From Octopus bimaculoides (lineage: Eukaryota), in NCBI RefSeq assembly GCF_001194135.2, contig NC_068994.1, positions 58,475,745 to 58,515,781 of the forward strand: 40,037 nucleotides of DNA, written 5' to 3'. A program made the translations under genes and the position numbers. The notes under the pieces were generated by a model, which ran no database searches, had not been told where the DNA came from, and saw nothing but the letters and a program-made list of their open reading frames with translations. Shown one piece after another: positions 1 through 12,180 of the stretch; positions within the stretch are counted from its first letter, which is position 1, and the number at the start of each line of letters is the position of its first letter.

Positions 1-243
1 AACAACCCCCTTCTACCAATACTGTCATTACCTGTCACCACCACTACAATCACTCCTACCTTTACCTGCTACTACCTGTTGTCACCATTACTCTCACCAC
101 CACCAGAATAACCACTACTGCTAATGACTTATACCTTCATTACCTGTGACCACCACCACCTGCACCACACCATCATTACCTAATTACTATATAATGTTAC
201 CTTCAACATATAAGAGAGGTTTTTACCAGATAAGTTTGGCCAA

Positions 244-476
244 AGCACATACATACAGACACACACAAACACACATATATATATACATTCATGTGTGTGC
301 ATACACATACATACACACATACATGCATACATACATACATACATACATGCACATATACATACATACACACATACCTACATACACACACATACATATACAT
401 AGACACAAATACATGCACACATACACACACATGCATACACACATGCATGCATATATATACACACACATGCATACAT
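244..476. repeat. Compound (CA)n/(TACA)n microsatellite
   Basis: Read directly; source of the HTHT/CVCV ORFs. Confidence 0.95.
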
Positions 477-1051
477 AGTGGAAAAAGGAGCTTCAAATCA
501 GTTACTCAGTCTGTTAGAAATAGCAGTCAAATCCCACTCTTGTAAGAAGCAGACATGGTCACAGCTTGAACGTCTTTCACTTGTAAATTTACTGAATCAA
601 GACTGATCTATCACCATCACTCACACCACCGCTACTACCATCTCCGCCACCATAACATTGCTACTCACACAATTACTCCACTACTACTGCTACCACTAGC
701 TGCCACCACTATACTACCACTGCAACTACTCCACTGCCACCCCACCCCCACCACCACCACCACCACCACCCAGTTGTCTGCAGGTTAGTTGTCACCATAA
801 TGACAAAGTTTATTGTGTTTAATATATTCTTCACCTGATATCTCATCACATATGTGATAGCTGCCTGTTGCTATAGTTACACCAATATGTATGGCTGGTG
901 GTGGTGGTGGTGGTGGTGATGGTGGTAGTGATAGGGGGCTTAGGACAGTGAGGTGGATGTGGTGGTGATGGTGGGGGATGGACAGTAGTATAAGAGGTAA
1001 GTGGATGTGGTGGGATGTAAGAGAAGAGGTGGGGGCAAAAATCTATTGTCC

Positions 1052-1260
1052 TGTGGCTGTGGGGTAAGACAACTGCTTCTCGACCACATGGTTTTCATTT
1101 CAGTTCCATGGCTGGGCAACGTGGGCAAATATCTTCTATTATAGCCTAACCAGAGTATTGTCAGTGGATTTGGTAGATGGAAACTGAAAGAAGCCTCTTC
1201 TGTGCATGTGTAAGTGGATGCGTATTTGCGTCTCTGTTGGGGCGAGAGTCATTGACACCC
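1052..1260 (+). mobile_element. tRNA-derived SINE family B, 5' half
   Basis: tgtggctgtggggtaag...gggcaa..tcttct...gtggatttggtagatggaaactgaaagaagcc; matches the copies at 11097 and 13342. Confidence 0.75.
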
Positions 1261-1299
1261 CTGTGGGATTGGAAGAATGGACTAGCTGAACTCTTATAA

Positions 1300-1500
1300 A
1301 GAGTAGCCATAGGAGTCGTTGAGATCATTGAGAGTTTGTATTTATTGGAGTATCGTGGAGTGATTTGAAGTATGTCTTTTGAAGACAGTTGTGTCTATCT
1401 CCACTTTGTGAAATCTGTATATCCAATGTATAAGAAGGATATAAAAGTCTCTTTGTCTTCAAATCACATGATAGTTGTAAATAAATGCCACAAATAAGCA
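1300..1500 (-). mobile_element. Possible old RLE-LINE relic
   Basis: RLLYPSYTLDIQI...NCLQKTYFKSL weakly resembles the LYP.Y....IPI..G...KCL..YL segment of RLE domains. Confidence 0.25.
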
Positions 1501-1737
1501 GCATCATTCATTTCCAATATTCTGCAAAAACATGGGAAAATAGTAACTTACTTAAATGGGGTTTGGTGACAGGAAGAGCATCCAGCTGTAGAGAATCTGC
1601 CTTAACAAATTTTATCCAACCCACACAAGCATGGCGAAGTGGATGTGAAAAGCAAGGTAATATTTCCCTTTGGCCGAACATGTTTTCACAGACTATTATA
1701 AATGAGTGGCATTCATTGACAACAATCTGCCAGGGTC

Positions 1738-1880
1738 AGGACAAAGAAACACAAACATACACATACTCATACATGCATACATTCATGATGGGCTTCTTTC
1801 AGTTTCCATCAACCAAATCCATTCATAAGGTTTTGGCCAGCCCAAGGCAATAATAGAGACACTTGCTCAAGGTACCGCAC
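1738..1880 (-). mobile_element. SINE family B fragment
   Basis: Reverse complement of the family B core: gggcttctttcagtttccatcaaccaaatccattcataagg...acacttgctcaagg. Confidence 0.75.
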
Positions 1881-2234
1881 ATCTGTGTATGTGTGTGTGT
1901 GCAGTTATATTTAAAATGTTTGTATGCCTTAGATGTAAGATCTTTTACTATGGAAATATTTTTGGGAGAAATATCTCCTCTCAGACAAGATGTGTGAAAA
2001 CACCTTTGGTCTCTGCATGACATCACTGGATCATACGATGCAAGTGTTTCTGTGCTGTTGCACATTGTCAGCTACAAATACTGAATCTCTTCTTCACAAC
2101 TTTGTAAGAATGATAGGTCATATATATATTAAAACTGCAAATAGTATATTTGTTGCTAACATGTGTAAAGCAGAGTCAAGCTGGAATAAACAAATTAGAG
2201 TTACACAAAGCAATGTTGAAAATAATGTATGCAT

Positions 2235-2470
2235 TATCATGAGTCTGCAGGTTTCTTTCGGTTAAATTATCAAATCATTTGCACACCAGCACCTTTGTTC
2301 CCCTCATTTCTAGAGCCAAACCTAAAACCTCCATTGAAGTCACCTGCTATGATAATGAAGTCACTGTCATTCATCATCAAAGTTATCTGTAAAAGGACCT
2401 TGTAAAATTAGTCCTTCTGTTTATCTGCCAGCCTAAACTGGAGCATACGTAGAGATAAAAATAACTGTTG
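2235..2470 (-). mobile_element. RTE-type LINE APE-endonuclease relic
   Basis: Frameshifted minus-strand translation: ISTYAP ... LLQITLMMNDSDFIIIAGDFNG ... GFRFGSRNE ... ANDLI ... KKPA. Confidence 0.7.
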
Positions 2471-2769
2471 ATTTATCTAAGATTAATTCTAGCTTAACTA
2501 TCACATACACTTACTACCTCAATTACTTTATCTTCCAATTTTGTGCCCATTAGGAATCTAGCTGAGGACTCTCCCCCATGATGAACCTTGCTGAGGCTCC
2601 CCTCCATCTTACCTTCTGCATACAGCACAAGTCTACATGACTCCTAGCATTTCAACAATCACACTGGCCCTAATTTCATTTGGCTGACATTAATTATGGT
2701 GGTCCTAAAATTGTGGATTAGAAAGTAAGCATGGAAGATAGTTGGGACATTGTCAGAGTCTGAAAAGAG

Positions 2770-3290
2770 CATCTACAGACGACAGACAGATATAAATGTA
2801 TGTAAGAGTGAACTGACGCCCTTGCATTCAAAGTCACAATAGAGACCAGCTTGAAAATAGTTGATATCCTTGAAATAACATTGGGTCTGGTGAAAGGTAC
2901 CTAGCCTTTCCAGAAACCAAAAGTGAGCTTAACATTTTTAACATAGCTTCCTATTATCCAACAACAAATTTCAAAAATGAATGAAAGTAATTAAAAAAAA
3001 AAGTCCATCTTATCTTCAAATAAGGAGATCATTAATAATGTAAGCCCATACTTTGATTAGGTTCTGGCTGCTAGTGGTTTTCAAGATAGAATTAATTGTA
3101 TACTTGACCCTAACCCAACTATGAGAAAATGTCGCTGTAAGTCATATGGTTTGCACCCTTTTTTTTTTATTAACTAAATATCAAATTGAAGAACCCAAGT
3201 CATATTTTTCTACTCAACTACATCTGATGATTGCCAAGTTAACCTCTCCATTTCTGGAAGGGTTTGGACATGAAACTGTTTTCAATAGCA
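2770..3290 (+). mobile_element. Penelope-like element RT C-terminal relic
   Basis: FKVTIETSLKIVDILEITLGLVKGT*PFQKP, PYFD*VLAASGFQDRIN and IWFAPF match PLE motifs of the form KIVDFLDITLNL..GTY.PY.KP, AL..SGY and IWFNPPF. Confidence 0.65.
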
Positions 3291-3308
3291 TTAGCATCTT
3301 GAGACTAT

Positions 3309-3324
3309 AATAATAATAATACTG

Positions 3325-3390
<66 letters not shown>
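3309..3390. repeat. (ATA)n microsatellite
   Basis: Read directly. Confidence 0.95.
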
Positions 3391-3391
<1 letters not shown>

Positions 3392-3739
3392 CAGCAGATG
3401 ACAACGTTTCTCTAAAAGAAATGGAAAAACTTTCAAAATACAAAGACCTGGAAATAGAGATAACTCGAATGTGGAATCTAAAAACAGAAACAATTCCTAT
3501 CATAGTAGGTGCCTTAGGTATAATAAAAAAATATTCAGACAAATACATAACAAAAACACCAGGACTTACAAATATATATAACATACAGAAAATTGCACTA
3601 CTGGGTACTGCACACATTCTACGCAAAACACTTTCAATACAGTAAACATAAGAGCACCACAGCAAACCACAGCACATACCCAAGGCGCACAGAGCTGCGC
3701 TCGGTAGTGAAGTGAAAGCACGTTATAAAAATAAAACTA

Positions 3740-3774
<35 letters not shown>
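3388..3774 (+). mobile_element. 5'-truncated R4/Dong-like RLE LINE, young copy
   Basis: Intact frame IPADDNVSLKEMEKLSKYKDLEIEITRMWNLKTETIPIIVGALGII...IQKIALLGTAHILRKTLSIQ*, then a ~100-nt 3'UTR and (TAA)n tail 3743-3774. Preceded by (ATA)n. Confidence 0.9.
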
Positions 3775-4010
3775 GGGCTTTGAAAAACATATTAAGAATA
3801 TTGGAGTTGCTGCCAGGCTTGAGGTGATCCAGAAGACAGCATTGTTGGGTACAGTTCGCATTCTAAGGAAAGTATTGTCTCTTTGAGTCACAGGAGACGA
3901 AGGCACTACTTGAAACCTTTAGGGATTTGTTGTTGCCTTGTTTCCAGTAAAGAATAACCGGTAATTAAGAACTCTCCAAGAGGCTTTCACAATGATAATA
4001 ATAATAATAT
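3775..4010 (+). mobile_element. Second 5'-truncated R4/Dong-like LINE 3' end, different subfamily
   Basis: GFEKHIKNIGVAARLEVIQKTALLGTVRILRKVLSL*, a 3'UTR unlike the first copy, and an (ATA)n tail at 3991-4010. Confidence 0.8.
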
Positions 4011-5189
4011 ATAGATATGTGTGTGTGTGTAAGCACAACACAAGTTAAAGAGATAACGGTGGAATGAATAATTATATTTAAACAGATTTATTTGTTGTAT
4101 CAAAGAAACTATGCTTTTATCCTATTTACGCCCACACACACATTAAGTGAACTATTAAATGTTAACACTAACTTATCTATAGACGGGTCTAGGTACATGA
4201 TACTTAAGCGATGGACTCAGAGAATAACTTGCCAGCCAGGCCCAGTATAGTTCTGATCATGGACTATGTAATAGGTGTGTATGCATCTATGTGCAAGTGT
4301 GGTTGTGTGTGTGTGTGACAGCTTTCATAGGGAGAGCAATAGTCTCAGTTTATTGGTGTATAGGCAATATCCTGGATGGCATTGTTTGGATCACAATTTA
4401 CACACACACACAAATATGTTTATACATATATATATATATATATATTCACACATGTCCGCGTAAATATATTTGTCAATAATCAGGTTGCTTTTATCAAGGA
4501 ATGTTGAAGTTTAGCACCAGAACATTTACTGAAAGGAAGACCTAAACCCACCCCCAATGATGGAGTTAAATTTATTGAATTAGTTTTGACTGAAACTTCA
4601 AATTAAGCCTAAGAGCTTATTTAACAAATCTCCTTGAACAACCCATTATGTGAAGCTTGAATTTCCAGTTAAATCTATCTCTTTAAAATTATACACACAC
4701 AACTAACAATACACGTGTGCATACTATGCTGCACATGTCATGACTATACACCCACACAAAATAGTTCATATACTATTAACACACAGTTAGCTCCCTTGTT
4801 GCTCTTGCGCTCATGGAAACTACATTCTTTCTCACTCTCTTCTGGTCTTTCAACCTATCCCTCCCATTTCCAGTGTTACTAAACAAAGAACATGTATTTT
4901 TCCGGGNNNNNNNNNNGGGGGTTGCTTTGGTTACTACCATTTTTTTCTTTCCTTTACAATTCTTCCTTCCTACCTTCAGAGGAAGAGCTTAAGCTCAAAA
5001 TACCAAAGACTTGTCCACTTTCATAGCCTTTGATTGAGAGTTAAGCAAATAATTACTCTTTATTTTCATTTTGGCTTCAGCGTTATTTTCATCATAAATT
5101 TTGAATTCTGTGTGTGTGTGTACATTTGTCATTTGACTCTATTTAACAACTTCCTATGTAGCAATTGGTTTCTAATAAAGAAACGAAGC

Positions 5190-6070
5190 TCTGTCACTGG
5201 GATTTAGACATCAGCTTATAGTAAGACATTACATGATCAACTACAGTGTAAAATATTTCCACTCTTCTGCTTACATAGAATCCACATAAGGATGATCTTT
5301 TTCTTTGCTTAATTCCATTTGTCAAGAAAATCACTTCAAAGACATCATAACAGATGATTATGGATTTGGCAGTGATTTTAATGGGAATGTTCCACCAATA
5401 TTTATTATGAGTTGAAATGAGACATCTAGAAATATTTCTATTTTTTCTAAGGTTAGTCCTTCCTACCGATATCACTTGTGTATTGTTTCTGCAATCATGC
5501 CATGCCATATCTTGATGACATTTCAGATCAGTTTCTCATCACATGTGTAATGTCTTCCACAGATATGACACAATTGACATTTTCAAGTGTTTCTTCATTG
5601 TTTAAGGTCTTTACTGTCTCTTTTGTTTATCAAACATTTCATTGCTCTATTTTACATCTGGATTGCAAAAATATAACCTTTAAAATGTGGTATGAGGTAA
5701 CAATCACCGACCCAACGTTTGCTACACTCCCTGTCAATGATGACTTCATGCATAACTTTTATGGGGAAGAGACTCCATGCATAAATTTCTCTTATCATGC
5801 TCAGTGTCTTTTGCCTTGGCTTTTGTTATGTTACACCTGTTTTAGAGGTTATGGAAACGCATGGAATATTATCAGGTGTCAAGTACTTTTTGAAAAGTTC
5901 ACTCTCAACTCACAAAATGTTGCTCTTCTGATAAATGAGTAAAGTATTTATTGTTGCTGTTGTTATTCATAAGGTACTGCTTGTGTGATACATCACATCA
6001 CTCACAGTCGTCCGTTTGGACCAATTTTTATTCTCTTCCTCTGCCTTTTCTTCTTAAATACAATCTGTCA
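5190..6070 (-). mobile_element. Degraded R4/NeSL-type RLE LINE (RT C-terminus, CCHC knuckle, RLE)
   Basis: Colinear minus-strand motifs: DRLYLRRKGRGR, KQYLMNNNSNNKY, MHG, IDRECSKRW...HFKGYIFAIQ, LINKRD, KCQLCH..EDITHV, HD, YWWNIPIK. Confidence 0.8.
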
Positions 6071-7159
6071 TTGACACAGTTTCAGTAAAAGCTTCTGGTT
6101 AATGATAGGAACACATATTTCTTTAGCTCTGTACCCCAAATGTTATCCTAAACAATCACTGGTACCCTAAATGGATTGAAAATACTAATGAGTTTAGTGC
6201 CAAAATATTCTGAAGTACAAAATTATTGCCCCCTTTGAATATTTCCTTTCAATGGTCTCAGGTATCAGACAATTTTTGTAGGGGTTTTGTGGGGTTTTTT
6301 CAATGAGAGATATTTTGCCAAACATAATCATCACTTTGAATGACATAATGAGTAAAATCATATTTTTTAATTAAGCCACAACATCATAATTTTTTATAAT
6401 ATTTCCTCTTTATTTACTTCAGACACAGCATAGAGACTGTGCTCTGGGTTCAAATCTCACCAAGGCCAACTTGGCCGTTTATTGCCCCCCCACCCTCCTC
6501 CAGTAGAATGGAGAGTCAATAAATAAGGTAGTAATATAGGGTTGTGCTTCAAAAGAATCATCAGACCATCAGATAAGATGTCTTGTAGCATCTGCTGCAG
6601 CACTTTTGTGTTTCAAATTCAAATTCTATCTTGGTGGTGTCACTGACCAGAGGTAGTTCTACAAGCTTGAGAGGACACTGTTTAATCTACAACTGGCCAG
6701 ACTACAAATGTCCACCTACAACCGGTAGAGAGATAAGCTGACTACACCACCATGAGTCAACACTGACATAATACAAATACTATAACACTTTATCTACAGT
6801 CATTGATTTCCCAGAAACATGTCATCACTTGTTTCCACCTGGTTTCTTTTTAGAAAGTCAAAACATTCAGTAAGCGGAGGAGGGTGACTGGTCTCTTCCT
6901 GACAATTCTTCTCAAAATTTCTCTCTTCTTTAAGGATATTTTAGAATTTAGACAAATTCTCTACATATTCAGGCATTTTATTACTTTACAAGTCCTTTAT
7001 TTTCTAATTGTATTTGTGTTGGATCCTTTATATAAACACAGTTTGTGTGTGTGTGTGTGTGATTAATTGTTTTTTTTTTATAGTGGTATTGGGCATGGTG
7101 GTATGGGGGAGGGGGTAAAGTTAGTGAATGGTGTTGATTGTGTTGTTAATATTGGTGAA

Positions 7160-7460
7160 GGTATGTGGTTTAGTGGTTAAGGTATTCGGTTCATGATCCT
7201 AAAGTCGTAGGTTCAATTCTCAGCAGTGCATTGTCTCCTTGAGCAAGACACTTTATTTCACTTTATTGCTTCAGTCCACTCAGCTGGCCAAAATGAGTTG
7301 TACCTGTAATTCATGTCGCACTGAATCTCTCTGAGATATCCATTAAGTGTACGCATGTCTATGGAGTACTCAGCCACTTGCACATTAATTTCATGAGCAG
7401 GCTGTTCCATCAATGGGATTAACTGGAACCTTTGTTGTCGTAATTAACGGAACACCAGTT
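7160..7460 (+). mobile_element. tRNA-derived SINE family D
   Basis: A-box tggtttagtggtt, B-box ggttcaattc, core ccttgagcaagacactttatttcac. Partial relatives at 10480-10670 (+) and 39502-39530 (-). Confidence 0.75.
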
Positions 7461-8443
7461 AGGGATGATGTTGGTACTGGCAGCGTTGATGGTGGTGTTA
7501 ACGGGAATGGTAAAGGTGGTGGTGGTGTTATTGTTGTTAATGTGATGCTATTAGTGGTGTTTGCATCAGTTGTATTGTTGTTGACGCTGACAATGATGAT
7601 GATGATGATGACGACCATGGTGATGAAGGTGGTGTCAACGGGGTGTGGGAGGGCGAGGTGTTGTCAGGTTGGTGGTGTCAGCGTTTTGTTTATATCTTTG
7701 TCACTTCCTGCTATGACAAAGGATGAGAATTTTTTTTTTTTTTTTTGGATGACTTGAAAAAAATCAACTGAAAATAGAAAGCAACATGAGACATTTCTGA
7801 AATACCAGAAATTGCCTGAGGTGATGTGGCTTCATTGAGAACGTGTGTGTGTGTGTGTGTGTATACACAAATATATGTATACACACACACACACACACAC
7901 ACACAGAGCATGAGAAGTATTTAAGGGCCTATTTGGTAATTTAACATAACAACTCTTGGGGTCGATAAATTAAGTACCAGTTGCTTACTGGGGTCAATCT
8001 GATCGACGGATACTCGCATTGTTGCGTAGTGGACTGCAGCCTGCTCAACCTCACAGTCATGATGGTGTGTGAGTGTGCATGTGTGTTATATTTGTTTTCT
8101 TTTTGCGTATGTATGTAATATTGTTGTGGTTAACCTAACGTTATACACTTGAGATTCCTTCAAGCTTTATTGTCGTCGCCATTCTCCTTATCTCTTTATC
8201 TGTTCTTTGATATGGTTGATTACATTGCATTGTAATTTATGAAACCTGCTTATGTGTCAAGCATTTTGTCTCTTGCTGGTAGCTTCACTCCTGACTTCTT
8301 CCGAATAAAAGCCGGCACTCCAAACCATTCTTCATACGTCCTTACATTTCACTCTTCTTCATGATAAGTTTTTACACTTAGGTGCAATAATAGTGTATTA
8401 CTGAAATTAGCAGAAACACTGACCTCTGGGTCCTTTTTTTCTA

Positions 8444-8874
8444 CCGGTGTATGTTACATTTGTTTTGGATAAAAGTGTTGTGAGATGAGATTAGATCCTG
8501 GGGCTCTGGTTTCTCAGCAACCCAAAGAAGCCATTGCCAGCACATTGTTATATATAAATGTATATTTTCCTGGAAACCATTTCCTGTACGAGCAATATCC
8601 AAGTATCAAAGACTAGGAAGAGGAGGAGGAGGAGAGAATGCTGTTTGTCCTGTTTTACCTCTTCCTCTCAAAGAAACATAGATTCCAATTCTGCTGGCCA
8701 TCTGTAAGCTTTGCAGTGTGAGCAAACATTGTCAAAATTACTTTTTGCATTATGTGGGTGTATCACTGACAGGACAGTCTGTTCTAGAAAATCTTTGAAA
8801 TTGCCATTCATTGCTAATCCTTTAACGGATTTGTTCTCCTTTGTTAGGGTGTAGAAGTCTCCAAAATATAACAC
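8444..8874 (-). mobile_element. Helitron Rep N-terminal relic
   Basis: Colinear motifs across frameshifts: FDNVCSHCKAYRWPAE, GK...SPPPPLP, FQENIHLY/NNVLAMASLGC*E...PGSN, TFIQ.K..HR. Confidence 0.8.
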
Positions 8875-9339
8875 CTACTATGGCCAGTTGTTTGGCACAA
8901 TAGCAGTAACCGACAAAGCCTGTCACACCTCAAGCAATAACAATAGATATGGGTGGAATATGTCCATAAATCGCCTCTTTGGACTTCTATTTATGGGATA
9001 CAGATGTATGAAACTAACATGCAAAGCCTGGATTATGCACCACGATGGTGGTTTCAAAATCCATTGTTCATAATTCAGGTTTTGACTCTATAGAGAAGAA
9101 TATTCTCTACACAAAGGCCTGAGGAAGGAAAGCCTTGTTGGTTTTGAAACACTTGATTGCCAGAAGTCTGAATCTTATTACAGGCATTCCAGGTGAGTTC
9201 CTTACGTGTCAGGAAATCCTTTCTTACTGTAACTAACGACCTCCACTGTTGATATAGAAGATAGTTACTTAAAGTGCCATGGAAAGGAACTGAACTCAAA
9301 ACCACATGGGTGTAAAGCGACCCTTCCAACTACACCATT

Positions 9340-9595
9340 GTAGATATATATATATATGTATGTGTGTGTGTGTGTGTATATATACATATATATATATGTA
9401 TGTATGTATGTATGTATATGTATATATATGAGAGAGTGAGTGAGATAGATAGATAGATGCATACATACACATACGCACACATTGACATACACATTCATAC
9501 ATACGTATACTTTTATACATACATGTATACAATATATACAAATATACATATTCTGTGTCTGTGTGTGTGTCTGTGTGTGCACATAAACACACATA
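9340..9595. repeat. Compound TA/TG/TATG/GATA microsatellite
   Basis: Read directly. Confidence 0.9.
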
Positions 9596-10217
9596 AATAA
9601 GATCATTTAGTTTCGACTTTTTAGGATCAGTGTCAATGACTGACCCCAGAAAGTTGAAAGCTCCCTACATCACCAAACCTTTACAACCACGCCCCTACAA
9701 AACAGATCCCTTGGTAACTAATCTCTTGTCACATTCAGTGCAACATAATGACTTTGGCCAACCTACTAACATTTAATAACATTTAAAACTATTGACCTCT
9801 TCACAGTAAACTCCACCACCACCACCATCCTCAACCCCCCCCACACACACACACATACACACATATCTACACATTTTATTAATTACTCATTCACTAAAAC
9901 CAGCTTCTGACCATTTCATTACTGGAAAAAAATCTGGCAATATCAGTAAATTGCAGAGCTGTCTCTTGTATCTTGGTGACATTTTCATGCAAAGGTCCTT
10001 CTCCAAAGTACTTCGGTATTTGAAATGCTGCTGAAACTAAAAGACTAATCTTCCTGGAAAGGTGATAGACTGGCAGAATCATTAAAGTGTTGAGACAAAA
10101 TGCCTTGTGCTGTCCATTCGGCATCTTTATGTTTTGAGTTCAAATCATACTAAAGTCAACTTGGAATTTATAATTTTTTGAAGTCTGTAAAATAAAATAT
10201 CAGTAAAATATTGCAAA

Positions 10218-10428
10218 GGTAGCGAGCTGGCAGAATCGTTAGCATGCCGGGTGAAATGCTTAAAGGTATTTTGCCTGTTGCTACATTCTGAGTTCAAATT
10301 CCACGGAGGTCAACTTTGCCTTTCATCCTTTCAGGATTAATAGATTAAGTACTGGTGAAACACTGGGGTCGATATAATCGACTTACCCCTCCCGCAAAAT
10401 TTCAGACCTTGTACCTTTAGTAGAAAGG

Positions 10429-10470
<42 letters not shown>
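10218..10470 (+). mobile_element. tRNA-derived SINE family A, full length with (ATT)n tail
   Basis: gagctggcagaatcgttagc...gagttcaaattcc...ctttcatcctttc...aagtac...ctggggtcgat...aatcgact. A partial copy precedes it at 10068-10200. Confidence 0.85.
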
Positions 10471-10689
10471 GCATGATTTATGATTGTAACATTGTGGTTT
10501 CAATCCCCAGATTGGTGTTGCATTGTGGTCTTGAGCAAAACACTTCATTTCACTTTTCTCCATTCAACTGGCAAAAATGAGTCATCCTGTGAAGGACCGG
10601 CGTCCCATCAAGGGAGGAATCTATACATCAGGGAAACTTGGAGACCATCCCTGTCTTCCTTATAAAGTGACCTTATGGACTGGCCATTG

Positions 10690-10915
10690 TGGTGTGGTGG
10701 CAGAATCGTTGGTGCATCAAACAAAATGCTTTACAGCTTTTCTTTCATATCTGCCTTTTACATTCTGAGTTCAAAGTCTGCCGAGGTTGACTTTGCCTTT
10801 CATCCTTTCGGGGGTCAATGAAATAAGTACCAGTCAAGTGTTAGAGTCAGTGTAAATCAGTTTGACCCCCTCCCTTCGAAGTTTCTGACATCATACCGAA
10901 ATTAAAAAGAATTAT
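10690..10915 (+). mobile_element. SINE family A
   Basis: tggcagaatcgtt...gagttcaaag...tttgcctttcatcctttcggggtcaat...aagtaccagt. Confidence 0.8.
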
Positions 10916-11096
10916 TGCATAATTGAAGTTTGTTTCAGTGGCAGACCATTGATGTGTCGAGTAGGGTTATCTGTCATTCAGCACTGACCGCATTGCCGAG
11001 TGGCCACAGCTGCTGATCATGTCTGTGAATACACTTAGACTTGGTGATGAGTGGGCAGCTAGAAATCATGGGCTCATCTCTCAATCATCATCGTAG

Positions 11097-11508
11097 GCAT
11101 AGGGGTAGCTGTATGCTTCCCAACCACATGGTTTTGGGTTCAGTTCCACAGCATGGCACCCCGTGAACAAGTGTCTTCTACTATAGCCTCAAGCCAACTA
11201 AAGCCTTTTGAGTGGATTTGGATGACGGAGACTGAAAGAAGCCAGTCGTATATATATATATATATGTATATGTGTGTGTGTGTGTGTGTGTGTCTTTGTG
11301 TTTGTCCCCCCACTCCCACTTGACAGCCAGTGTTGGTGTGTTTTGGTCCCTGTAACTTAGCAGTTCAGCAAAAGAGACCAATAAAATAAGTATCAGGCTT
11401 AAAAAATTATAATTACTGGGGTCGACTCATTTAAGAAAAATTCTTCAAGGTGGTGCTCCAGCATGGTCATAATCTAATGACTAAAACAAGTCAAAAATCA
11501 AAGATACA
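11097..11508 (+). mobile_element. SINE family B, full length with internal TA/TG microsatellite
   Basis: cttcccaaccacatgg...ggttcagtt...caagtgtcttctactatagcc...gtaacttagcagttcagcaaaagagac...ggtgctccagcatgg. Confidence 0.85.
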
Positions 11509-11514
11509 GATCAT

Positions 11515-11760
11515 CATCGTTACCACCACCACCACCACCACTTCACGTCCACTTCCGATGCTGACAGCTTTCCGATGAGTTCATCCTGATCTGAACCAGT
11601 TCTTCAAGTGACAACCCACCTAGAGTGGTCAGAGAAACACAACTTGCTTTTCACTTTCCCCTTTAGCTTGGTTTCCATGACCTGATGCTCTTCCTAACAC
11701 CGTCCACCCTCGACAGTGTGTTGGGTGTATTTGTCAAAGCCCCAGCACTCGTGAGCAAGC
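11515..11760 (-). mobile_element. RTE-tail-type SINE family C, diverged
   Basis: Reverse complement of the ...ggacgt...gatgatg tail and the ttaggaagagcatc core. Confidence 0.5.
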
Positions 11761-12036
11761 CTTGTACGTGATGGGTTCGGTTTGGTCGAGGAAACATGAC
11801 CAACAAGTTGAATAAGAAGAAAAGAGTGATGACAGATGGAGAAACAAGATTACGTGACTGATGAGACTGGATGCATTCGTTCGTTAACAAAGCTCTGCAT
11901 CTAATTACAAATTAGTTGGAGCTATGACTAATGTATATCTTAATTAAATGAATACAAGGAACACATCTGGAATATATATAATAATAATATCAGGAATAAT
12001 ATATCATGGTGGTGGTGGTGGCGGTGGCAGTGGTGG

Positions 12037-12180
12037 NNNNNNNNNNNNNNNNNNNNNNNNNNNNNNNNNNNNNNNNNNNNNNNNNNNNNNNNNNNNNNNN
12101 NNNNNNNNNNNNNNNNNNNNNNNNNNNNNNNNNNNNNNNNNNNNNNNNNNNNNNNNNNNNNNNNNNNNNNNNNNNNNNNN
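12037..12180. other. Assembly gap (N)
   Basis: N run flanked by (GGT)n. A 10-N gap also lies at 4907-4916. Confidence 1.

Noticed and set aside
146-545. His/Thr- and Cys/Val-rich ORFs (also at 9265-9606, 12336-12521, 24427-24892 and elsewhere)
   Set aside because: They are translations of CA/TACA/CAT/TTA microsatellites.
5478-5942. 154-aa + strand ORF; CHICGRHY on the minus strand suggesting a C2H2 finger or Polinton motif
   Set aside because: The colinear motifs identify the CCHC knuckle region of an RLE LINE; the + ORF is its antisense.
8993-9075. GYRCMKLTCKAWI as a FLYWCH/MULE zinc finger
   Set aside because: Too short, with no convincing His pair or flanking transposase motifs.
9079-9192. 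Exon-like 114-nt segment with CAG|GTGAGT donor as the missing upstream exon
   Set aside because: The frame compatible with exon A contains TGA and no ATG; at best a UTR exon, and unsupported.
11858-11895. CTGATGAG as a hammerhead core (also the minus-strand motif near 22075)
   Set aside because: No stem II followed by GAAA.
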